Positions 24,671 through 35,600 of a stretch of 64,000 nt of DNA are shown here, in pieces (the stretch's first letter is position 1; each line of letters starts with the position of its first letter). The translations under genes and the position numbers were made by a program. The notes below the pieces were generated by a model, which worked only from the letters and a program-made list of their open reading frames with translations, was not told the DNA's origin and did no database searches. The DNA is from Lama glama (Eukaryota): positions 20,524,001-20,588,000 of the forward strand of contig CM052816.1 of the NCBI GenBank assembly GCA_028534125.1, given 5' to 3'.

Positions 24671-25264
24671 CCCTGCCATCACGTATCTAAGGCCTCCGGT
24701 GAGTGATGCTTAACCTCAGAGTGGCTCATGCTCCATCATCCTCAAGGAAAGATGGTGACAGCTCAGACTGCAGGCGGAGGAGAATACCAAACAGGCAGCA
24801 GCATAAATCGTGGGCGCCTGCCCTTTGCGTGTGTTCATCCTGAACTTGGCACCCCCAGGAGTGGTGCACGCTGAGGGGGAAGTGTGGGGAGATGTAAGCG
24901 CATGACGTGGGCGGTGAGACCAAGAGTTCTATGTCAGGCCCCCCCGGTGCTCACATGGTGAAATGCCCACGGTAGAGCATCCTCTCAGGCTCATGGGGTG
25001 CTTTTAAAAGGCATCAGGAATGTACCTGCTGTCCGCCTGCTCTGCGTAGCCTCTGCCAGTTCTTCTCCGTGTTTCCCTGGTGTATTGAGTTCCGGGGTCA
25101 GACTCAGTTCCTCCCTGCCCCCACCCCACTACAGCTGCTGTCAAGAGCTGTGTAAATGTATTGAAGTCTTTGACAAAGCACAGTTCTCTCCTCAGAAGAC
25201 AGACATCAGGGGCTCCTGCAGGAGTCAGGGAGGAGCCCAAGGTTCTCCTACTGCTGCGAAATGT

Positions 25265-25345
25265 CGAGCACGTTACCCTGCCTGAGCCTCAGTTTCCTCA
25301 TCAGGCAAAAGGGGATAATACTGCTTTGCGTGATTTTGTGGAGTC
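25265..25345 (+). mobile_element. MIR core fragment
   Basis: ctgagcctcagtttcctcatcaggcaaaaggggataata. Confidence 0.75.
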
Positions 25346-25724
25346 TCAGTTTGCAGCGCCAAAGACAGTGTGATCCAAAGCTCTCCTCACCCGCAGCCCC
25401 AGCTCTTAGGCTCACTAGCCCGTGTAAGCCCGACTCCTGGCTGTGGCCTCAGCCTGGCTGCGGGAACTGGGGGGCCCGGGGGGCGGGGTGGCCTCTAGGC
25501 GCTTCCAGTAACATGTCAATCAGCTGTGAAGGGTCACCTGGGTTGTTTTTGCTTCTTTAGTGCAAACCAGTGAGAGTAACTTGTGTTGGATGATGGATTT
25601 TTCACAAGGAAACACATTTTTCTTCAACTTATCTCCTCAAAAGCATTTTCAGACATGGTCAATGACTGAGCTAGTTTTAACAAAACTGAAGGACAGAATG
25701 GAGGTGGGAATGATTGCTGGAGTT

Positions 25725-26090
25725 CTGTCCCTCTCTCTCATTCCTTAGAGAAATCAGTCTCTCTCCCTCTTCCTCTCGGTCTCTCCTTCAGTCTCTCCCT
25801 GTCTCCGTGTCTCCGTCTCAGGTTTCCTCGAGAGCTGTCTTTCTTGCTCCCTCTTGGTCTCTTCTTCCCTCCCTGTGGCCCCTCTGTCCCCTCTCTCCCC
25901 TCTGTAGGTCCCTCTCTTACACTCTCCGAGTCTCTCTTGCCTGCTTCTTGGGTCAGTCTCTTGCTCTCGGTCTTTGTCTCTCCCCACCACTCTCCTGTCT
26001 TTCTGCCCTCCCTCCCTCTCTCGCTGTCTCCCGCTGTCTCTGTCTCTCAGCCCTTCTCTTCTTCACACACACACCCTGCCCTCTCTCATC
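25725..26090. repeat. CT-rich low-complexity (degenerate (CT)n/(CTGT)n) tract
   Basis: About 360 bp, strongly pyrimidine-biased on the + strand. Confidence 0.9.
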
Positions 26091-27329
26091 CGCGAGCCCA
26101 TGTTTTACTGATGCTTACATCAGTTACAAGTTCCTGAGTGTGAGCTAATTCTGCTGTGGCAAGTACTCCCTCCTCAGCCCAGGAACATGTCCATCTCCCA
26201 ACAGGAAGTCAGCTTGGTCCAGGGTTGGAGAAAATAGGGATTTGCGACTGGAGGGAGAGTTTGTCTTCTGCAAGGAGCCCCTTGTCACAACTAATTGATT
26301 GGGGTGATAAGGAGGCGCTCCCTCAGGTCACAGTGGTTCAGGACCAGCGTGAGCCTGTGTACCTCAGCGACTCAGCCTCCTACACCCACCATGTCTGGTA
26401 GCCAGAACTGGCCAAGTTTTCTAGGGACAGAGTGTTAGCTGGGAACCTGGGCAATGGCTGCAGCCTGTAGCAGAGCCTGCGGCCTGCCCGGCCAACCCAC
26501 TCAGGACTGCAGCTTGTTTGCAGCTGTCTGGGCTGCTCTTACTTGTGTGTTGGCTCAGAATGTGCTGATTATAAATCCTTTACCTCTTCTAAAGTGGGTT
26601 TAAGGGACCTCTGCAGAGCATCAAGTCCTGGCCATACTTGCTACTTTGAGTTGCCGCAAAACTGAAATTAAATTAGATTTCACTTTCAGTGTGCTCAGGC
26701 TCAACCTTTGCTAACACAGGCTGGCCACCCTCCCAATTAGCCTGGATTGGCGACGTTTGCCTGCCTGGGTAGCAGTGCCATTGCCTGCCTATAAAGGGCC
26801 CCCTACTGCTTCCTCCACGAGTCTCCAGACACATGCTTTTTCGCATATGCTCTTAAGAGCTGAGTGGGAATGTGGACTCTGCCTCCGAGCGTGTTCCAAA
26901 GCACGTGCTGGGAGAATGGGCGTCCTGCAGCATGGGCTGCTGCAAGGTCTTTGCTGCTGCCACCGAGTGAAAGTCTTAGTGCTCTAGACTGTCTCATAAA
27001 TGTTTTTTTTGGGCAGAGAAATGGCATTACCTAGGGCAGTTCCATTTCATTTTTAAGCCAAAATTCATGGCTACTGTCAAGGGTAATATAAATGTATTGA
27101 AATCCTTAACAAAGAGATAAAAACAAGAAAAGAGCTAGGAAAGTTCTTTGGGTGAAGTTACTGGTCAAATCATGCCTGAATTGAGATGTAGCCTGAATTG
27201 CATCTTTCTTGCAGCAGTAAGAATTGTTACTTGATGAATAAATACTAGGTGCTTACATTTAGATTGCTCTAAGGGCATGGTGCCTGGTAGATTGGCAAGT
27301 CCTAGCTCAAAGAAGAAGTGTCAGCCAAC

Positions 27330-27450
27330 ATTTATGATCTTAATTTATCCTTTCGACCACCATGTGAGGTAAGAAGAAAGTCATCCTTGTTTTACAGAAA
27401 GGGACACTGAGGCCCTCCTGCTGACATCAGTTGTAGAAGTGGGGATAGCT
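27330..27450 (-). mobile_element. MIR fragment
   Basis: taatttatcctttcgaccaccatgtgaggtaag...atccttgttttacagaaagggacactgaggc. Confidence 0.7.
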
Positions 27451-30136
27451 TTGGAGTGTGCTGAATGCTGGCACCAGGTGCTCGTCACTGTGTTACGTTG
27501 TCACTTAAGTAAACATTGTTGCCAAGCAGTGTGTAAAAAGTGCCACCACCAAGTGCAGATAAAGCAATGGAAGCTGAGAGAGGAGAAGTTCTCTTTACGG
27601 CCAGACAAAAGAGGATGAGGGTTCTCAGATGAGCTGTTTTAAACCTTATCCAAAGCATGTTTTTCTTTGACACATGATGGTTCTTCTAAATGTAGGAGAA
27701 TGTAGTTCTTCTTGCATATAAGTCAGTAAGTATCATTTACTTTTCCTTCTTGGTCAGTCAAGAATGCAGGGATTTTAACTCTTTTTCTAAAAAAAATTAC
27801 ATCCTGTTTGTGTAAGTGGCCTCTCTTCCAGTGTCATCTTCGGAGTTTTGTGTAAGAGGCCTTTGAGAGAAACATCCTTCTCAAAAAGCTTTTTTCTTCC
27901 CGCATTCCAATTTTCTGCAAAAAGGAAGCTTAGAGATGGTGATAGTACCACTTCTGCTGCTGCCTTCCATTTGCTTGTAAGGGTCCACGCCTGGGAGATG
28001 GAGAAATTGCCTAGCTTTCTGTGTAGCAGAGAAGTTGCCACACCCAGGGAACAGAGAACCTTTGTGGACCCTGTGCACAGGCAGAGGTGCATATGGGGGG
28101 GGCAGGGTGAAGGGGATGGCAGAGCCATTTGGAGACACTGGAAGGCAGGCGTGTGGCTGGAGCCAGGGCATGGAGCGTGACCGAGGCTGGAGATTGGAAG
28201 CTGGGGTAGGGGGAGAAAGGTCCAGAGAAGGAAAGTGAGAATGGGCATTCTTGCTGGGAGGCTAGGCAGGCAGCAGGGAGGATCTGGAGGGTCCTGGAGG
28301 CTGCAGGGAGGCTGTGGGAACTTTGAAGCCAGACCTCTAGCACTGAATCTGGGGAGACTTGCCTGTGTGAGGGGCTAGGGAGGCAGACGGCGGGCTTTGT
28401 GGCAGGACCGACAGCAGGGAAGGATTCATCTTCTGCCAAGTCCCCTCTGCCCCTGCCCAGAGGCTCCCACCTACCCGGAGACCTAGTGCCTTCCACCATC
28501 ATGTCCCACGTGTACCTCACTGAGCCACAAAAACTGGTAGTAAGCAGCTCCGTGAAACAGTGGCATCAAAAGGAAAAGGCTGGCTGGTGAACTCGCCTTG
28601 GCCTCCAAGCTAAATACTGAGACCAGCCTGAGGCCAGGTCAGGGGTGATCTATGGTCAGAGAACAGGTGATGGCTCACATGGCCAAGGGAATCTGAATGG
28701 CCTTAGAAGGTCTGGCTTTAGAGAGAGTCCAGCCGTAGCTCCAGCCAGCATACGCTAGCCCTTTTGCTGCAGTGGGCACTGGGCATGGACTCACCACAGT
28801 GTGCATGTGTGTTTGGGCACGTTACACGCAGCTGCTGGGCAGAGGCCCGTCTTCAGCCACACCCCCTTTGCTGGGTGCCTGTGCTCTCCCTGAGGGTGGC
28901 TTTGGTCCGTGAGAACCTGCAGACTCTGTACAGCACCCCCATGTGGCCCCTATGGACTGTCTGCATGGAGTCAGAGGTCGTCACTCCCAGGGACACACAA
29001 CCCCCAGTGGGCCTGCTCTGAGCCTCCCTCCTCTTGTGAAATTGCAGCTGACCCTTGCACTGGCTGAGGGAGGATCCTCAAACCTCTTCAAGGGAGGCCT
29101 TGGGTCCCCCAACATCTGGCCCACCAACATCTCCTCCTTGCCCCCTGTCCCACACGTTCAGGCAGACATTGCCCGACTGTGGTCCTGCTCATCATTCTCA
29201 GACGGTTTTTCTTTCCCACCTGGAGTCAGCTGCCTCCCTCTCTCCCTTCCTCCTTCTTAAGACAAATCGGCCACAAGAGCTGGGACCCCCCCCCGCCTCT
29301 GTCTGATCCCCTGGGGTGCTCTCTTAGATGCTGGCAAGAGGTCCCAAGGCTTAAAACCCCCGTGTTATCCCTGCATCAGGCTGCCATCTCTGGGGGCAGA
29401 ACTCACCCTCTTGGTGGTGGGGCAGGTCTGGATCACTCCCTGCAGGTAGGGACTGTGCTGACATGTCACCCTTGTGAACACAGACCATGGCATGGAGCCA
29501 GCCATGGTTGAATGAATATGCAAATAAAATGTTCTTTTGAGCCGAGTGGCTGACCGCCTGTGATACCTGGTAGCTCACGAGGGATTTGGAGAAGAAAGAA
29601 AATCTATAACCCAGCCCCCAGGCAGGGGTTTAAACATCCCCAGGCCAGAGAGACCTGGACCACACACCTGCAAGCCTGTGGAGGCACCAGACCTGTGCCC
29701 ACTCTGAGGATGTCCTCAGAAACCACATCATCCCCAGCCCCTGGTAGACTCACTTATTAGACCAATAGCCACTGTCCCTCCAGCCTGGACCCTGGAGGTG
29801 TCTGGAATTGCCAGGACTGCATCTGTGTCACGGGGTGGCCCATTGCCCACCCCCACCCCCCTAAACCTCAAATGCAATGTGCTCTGTTAGGAGCTGCCCT
29901 TTCCTTGAAAATGTTGCTGAAAGGTAGACAAAGCCTTCGGGAGAGAAACCTCATTTTAAAACTGAGTTTCTTTTCCCCAGGAAAACAGGCCCATCATCTA
30001 GTGAAGCATTTCTTCAGGGTCATGTGGAAGGTCATTTGAGAGCAGAGACTTGAAGGATTAGACGTGAGAGTCTAAGGGGCCTGGTGACAGGCATCACAGG
30101 GCAAAACAACAGAAAACACTGTCCAGGACAGAGAGG

Positions 30137-30246
30137 GCTTCATTTCTTTTAATTGCTGAATTATATGCAGCCCTGTGTATCACGTTTTGTTCATCATCCA
30201 CCAGTTAAGAAAGATCTGGGCTATTTCCACTTTTTGGCTACTGTAT
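30137..30246 (-). mobile_element. L1M fragment
   Basis: cttcatttcttttaattgctgaat...atctgggctatttccactttttggcta. Confidence 0.7.
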
Positions 30247-30347
30247 CATCCTCTTTGATAGAAAAAGTGAGTCTCAGCTTGGGCCCTTGTTACAGCTACG
30301 TGGTCGTCGTCAGTGGAGTCAGGCGAGACCGGGCTGGTGCTTCATGG

Positions 30348-30535
30348 CTCATTCGCTGATCCAAGAGAACACCTGTTTATAGGAGCGCTGCAGTGAGCAA
30401 GACGCAGAAGGTCCCTGCTTCCGCGAGACTCTCACTCTAGCAGGGGGAGGTAGTTAGCAAGTAAAGAGACAAAATTTTGAGCGTTAGGTAGTGATAAATG
30501 CTATGAAGGAAATAACATAAGGTGATGTGAGAACA
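30348..30535 (-). mobile_element. L2 3' fragment
   Basis: gcagtgagcaagacgcagaaggtccctgctt...cactctagcagggggag...aggtagtgataaatgctatgaaggaaataa. Confidence 0.75.
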
Positions 30536-31294
30536 TGTGACAAGGAGTTCAGAATTTTTTCAGCCTTTTTATTTTACTTAAAATTCTCCAGACTTTTTCC
30601 CCTACCATTTGAAATTTCTCTCTTAAAGTATTATCCAAATAATTTCACTTTGCATGGAAAATGTTCAAAGACCTGAGAGAGGTCATTTCTGTGTGTATAC
30701 CTCAGGGACACACCCCTGCACTGCCTTGTGGATGGGGTATGGGCTTCTCTCCAAACTTAGTAGGGTGAATGCATGCCCCCCACACAGGTTTCTACCCCAC
30801 CCCCCCATCCCACCTCCACCTGACAAGGCAGCATCCTTTCTATTCCACAATTGGGGGCAGCTCAGTCTCAGGAGCCTCCAGCTGAAGCTGCATTAGTGTG
30901 TGTGAGCAAATTACCCCAGTTATCTGGCCATGTAGAAAGCTACAGTTTTGCTCTTCATGAAAAATTAAAATCTTGTCCTGATCTGATGGAAGGAAACGGA
31001 CGAGGCAACTTAAGTGAACTCAGCCATTGTTGATCAGGCAGATGATAAACTACGCATTTTCTGGTCTCAGGGGATCAATGGAGAATCTTAAATAGAAAAT
31101 CACAGAAGAAATTAAGATTAAATTTGCAAGCCTGTAATACTGGGAATGCATTCTAAAACTGTAGCAAAATAAGGCTCTCTCCTGAAAATGCATTATTTAT
31201 CCCCTGCCTGTTACCACAGTTACAGATGCTCCTTCCTGTGGTTTGGACCCCAGTCGGTTATGGAAGCAGACCAGAGACAGACGACTTGTAGCTC

Positions 31295-31415
31295 ACCAGT
31301 AAAGTTAGAATTTCAGATGCGCAGTCGAGATATTTTTAGAATATTTGTGTGTACAGTCGCATCATAAATCGTGCAGATGAAGGTAGCTACGTGAGTCTAA
31401 ATCCAACTGGGGCCA
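31295..31415. mobile_element. MER53-like palindromic hAT MITE, diverged
   Basis: ccagtaaagttagaatttcagat...atttttagaata at the left end and ctaaatccaactgggg at the right end resemble the two MER53 arms. Confidence 0.5.
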
Positions 31416-32019
31416 CAATGCGGGCTTTGTACAGCATACATTTTATTAAGAGAAAAAAAATCATGGAATTGGTTATGTGGTTCATTGCCACATATTTTTC
31501 ATTAGGAAAATCTTGGAGGAACATCAAAAGTGGTTTTTGGTTCAACAGGGACCTTCAATAGAAGAACATAATTTGCTTCCTAATGAAACTGGCTCATACA
31601 ATGATATGAACCAGAGTGAGATTCAGAAAGAGAAAATTGTCCCACTGGCGTTAATGGATCGGCATCTGCCTCAGATGTCATTGCTATCGAAGTCACACAG
31701 GCCAGACAATGGGAACTTTTCAGTAATTGAAGCATAAAGTGATATCAAATGTCCCCAGTGAGAGGTGTGCTTCAGTACCCATGAACAGAGTTATCAATTA
31801 TCTGGGCAAATTTCTGTCTAAATTCTCTGGAAAACTGGCAGTTCTCAGGAAGGAAAAAAAGGATTTTGCAGAGCTCAGAAAGTAAAGTTTGAAGAAGATG
31901 CTTTCAGAAAAGTTGTCACCCAAGCCAATTAAAATTTTAGCAGGTTGTTCTCTCAGAAGAGAAGCAGACAAAACATTAAAGGGTCACATCTGTTGCTCTG
32001 TATCTTCTTGAAAAGAGAA

Positions 32020-32225
32020 ATACTGGGAATTGGTTAAGAGCAGAACTCACACGAATGGTTCGATTCCCAGCTCCGGTACTAACCAGTTCCGTGGCCTTGG
32101 GCAAGCCACACATACTCTCCAGTCTCAGTTTCCTCGTCTCTAAGGTGGCAATACTGTAAGCCCTATCCCCAGGTTTGCTGGGAGGACCCAATGAGAAGTG
32201 TGAAAATCAGTGAGCCAAGTAAGCA
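32020..32225 (+). mobile_element. MIR SINE
   Basis: tggttaagagcag...ggttcgattcccagctcc...gtggccttgggcaag...tctcagtttcctcgtctctaa. Confidence 0.85.
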
Positions 32226-32385
32226 GCATGAAGTAAATGCCCAATGGAATGGCGATCTGTTGGAAAGACATGGAAGGAGTAGAATTGGGGTAGTGGAGAG
32301 AATAAGAGAGAAAATGGTACAACTATTTACTGATGACGTATGGAAATTTTGACTTTCTCCCTTGAGAATTAAGAGCAATATCCTT

Positions 32386-32625
32386 TTTCTTTTTTTTTTT
32401 TTTTACTGAAGTACAGTTCACAATGTTGTGTCAATTTCTAGTGTACAGCATAATAGTTCAGTCATACATATACATACATATATTCGTTTCCATATTCTTT
32501 TTCATTATAGGTTACTATAAGATATTGAATATAGTTCCCTGTGCTGTACAGTATGAATTTGTTTGTCTATGTTATATGTAGTAGTTAGTGTCTGCAAATT
32601 TCAAACTCCCAATAAATTGGGAGTC
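32386..32625 (-). mobile_element. Short 5'-truncated L1 3' end (cetartiodactyl/camelid-type) with poly(T) and an imperfect 14-bp TSD
   Basis: Poly(T) followed by actgaagtacagtt...ttataggttactataagatattgaatatagttccctgtgct; TSD agagcaatatcctt (32372-32385) versus agaacaatattctt (32626-32639). Confidence 0.9.
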
Positions 32626-35600
32626 AGAACAATATTCTTATAGGCCAGTTGCACTATTAGCAGATCTGAGGAATGTATTTAGTACTCTCCCTTTTTCCTT
32701 TCCTTCCTTCATTGATTTTCTTTTTGTCACGGACAATTGAGTCGCTCGGGCAGTTATTTTAAACCAGACTTCAGACGTCATGGGTAAGCATTTCCATGTT
32801 GCTGGCATTAGTCTTTTGGCTCTTTGAGTGGAGTGGTCATGGCAGAACTCACAAGTCCTCAATAAGAAGATGGTTTATGAAGCAGTCACTATGTGCCAGG
32901 CACAGCCACAGCTGTTGAAACACTTTGCCAGCGAGGCCAGGTCATGAGGGAGGAATCCTATGACCCCCAACCCCCGGGACTGAGTACCTCTGACCCCGGG
33001 TTAGCCTGGTCCCTCATCCAGCCACTCTCTGGGGTTCACACTATGACGTTAGAAGGAACTGACAAATTAGTCTTCCAATTATGCTTATGATAGATATACA
33101 TAACTCTGAAGATCACTCAATGGGTGTCCCACTGACATGGGGTCAGTGAGGGCCACTCTATAGAAAAGACCCCCTTTGGCTCCTGAACAGAGGAATTGTG
33201 ATGGAATAGGAAAGTGAGGGCACAGGAGAACTTGGTGGGAACATTTCGTGGGACAGAGACGTCTGTCTCCTCAGAGAACGAACATCCGTGGGTAAGGATG
33301 GTAAATGTGTCATGGGATGCCCTTTTTTCTGAGTAAGAGTTTACCACGGAGGGAAGTGACTGGGCTATAAAAAGTTCACAGAATCATTTTCCCCACTACC
33401 ACTTCTCTCTAGCTAGCTTTCCTATCACTCATGAATATTTATGCCTTATCTGCTTAAAATGCTTGGAGGAAAAAAACAAACAAACTTTGTTCCAGCCTCC
33501 AGTTTTTCTGAGGTACAAAAGCATTGGTGTAAGGTAGTAACGGCGTACTGCTGAGCCACGTGCTTAGACCAATGTGCAGCTAGAGCTGAGTCTGCTGTGT
33601 ATTGACACCGAATTGTAATAAGGTAAACGAGAGATAAGGACACGGTAGGGGGATAAACAGGAGATAGATCAGCCTCTCCTTCCTTCATCTTTTTGTAGTC
33701 AAATGTAACATAATTTACTTGAAGCTAAGAGAAGAGGCTTCAGAAGGTTTGGAGATTGATTCCTTTTGGTTGATACTCATCGGAACTCTCGTCTGGGTGC
33801 TGTGCTCTTTGGTTTTGCTCCATGACCCTGTCTTCTCACACCTCCCTGCTGCCCTCCAGTGCCCTTCTGGCCATCTCTTTCCTCCTCTCCCCACTCCCTC
33901 CTCCCCTGAACTCTCTCCTCCTTCCCTGAGCATCTTCCTGCTGGTCCCGCCTGCCCAGACAACTCTGGACGGTGGATATTAAAGTCTCTTCCACTCAGAG
34001 CTTCCAGGAAGCAGGGACTATCACACACCCAGGAGAGCGGGGTCGCAGAAGTGGCGCACAAATGCAGGTTCCTTCTCAGGCAAATTTTTGGAGTTGGGGG
34101 GAGCTGATTATGCAGAGCACTCCAAGTTCAATCTCCTGGCTTACGTTATCGTTAGAGCCCGTGATGGAAGCACCGCCCGAGAATTCAGACTCGCCTATTA
34201 CTTATTCTCTATCTAGAGGAAATAAAGAGAAACAATTACCTTGGTGTGACATTCTGCCATCTCGACAAAGCCACCTGCACCTGAGACTTCACCGGCTGCA
34301 GAAATAACGAGTTAAATGCTAAATATTTCATAAAGAAGGGAGTAGCAGGGCTATTGAAAATAAATTTAAAAGACCTTCATGTATTCTGGTCATATATCCC
34401 TGGCATAAAACTTCTCTGGAGATAAACTAGCTTTCTGACAGGAAGGAGGGTTGTGGTGGGGAGCGGGGAGGCCTGGTAAGCGGGAAGGTAGTCCTGGGAA
34501 ACCCCGCATGACCTCCCGTTACCAGACGCGGGGCCTCCTTCGTGAAGGCATCTACGAAATGATTGAAGTTGGACTATGACTGCAGAGCCCTTTTCAGTAA
34601 TGAATTTTAAATTATAAATGACATTTTGTTGTGTGCCCTTCTCGCCCACCTGTTCGTGAACTGGGAAAATTTATGCAGGTGTCCAGATGGAGCAAACTTC
34701 TCAGGAAGTCCAGCCTGGAGCTTAGTTTTAGTTCGTAGCTAAGAACGCTCCCAACCCTCCCCGACTTAAATGTCTGCCAAGGCCATGTCCCAGGTCGGGC
34801 TTGGGCTGAATGTGAGCCCTCTTGAGACCTGCAGACCTTCCCTTTCAGTCTCTTCTTGTTTGGACCAGGCTGTGGGAGCCGAGTATTAGGATGATTTGGG
34901 ACCATCGGACAACTTAGGCTGCCGGGGATCCTGTGAGGCTGATTCCCTCCCATGGGTGAGGGGGGTGAGTGAGTACCGTCAGTTTAAATCATAGGACTAA
35001 TTAGTTCACTGGGACAAGTGCTGGTCAAAACTACAAAGAAATTGCTGTTTGTTTATTGATAATTTAAGATTAATCATTGGTGTGCCATCCCTCTCCACAA
35101 GTCTGGCACTCAGAGTTTTCTCTCCCTCCATCAGCCCCTCCTGGCAGTCAGGTGTGCTTTCCTTATTAATACCGGGGTTGGGGAGCAGGAAACGAAGCCC
35201 CTTCTTGGCGCGTGGCTGCAGTGCCGGCCTGTAAGACCTCAAAGCCGTGGGGGTTGCCCATCCCTTGATGACAGGTGCAGAATAGGATGAGTGACATGGA
35301 CCAGCAAGTCCAAGGCCGGCCTGCGTGCTCCCTTGGATGTGGTGGGGCTGGGCGCGCTCCCTCAGTGGGCTGGGGCAGAAGGGGCCTGACCCAGGACAGC
35401 CTGAGCCCACCGCACGGAGGTCCCACATCCCCTAGCTGGGTCCTCAGCACCTGCTGCCTCTCAGCGAGCCCTCTGCCCCCCTCCCCTTTGTCCTTCCTCC
35501 TCTGGCAGCATGACTGGAGCTACTGGCCATGGTGAGTGGGCAGAAGGCAGGTGCCCAGAGGTTGGGGTAGAGAGACTGTGTGTGTTTGTGTGTCCTGCGC

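Noticed and set aside
25714..26148. Ser/Leu-rich and Arg/Glu-rich ORFs
   Set aside because: Translations of the CT-rich low-complexity tract; the same applies to the poly-Leu/Thr ORFs over (GTT)n near 37 kb
24560..27375. Strong GAG|GTAAGA donor-like sites near 24566 and 27368
   Set aside because: Both are part of antisense MIR sequence and have no matching acceptor
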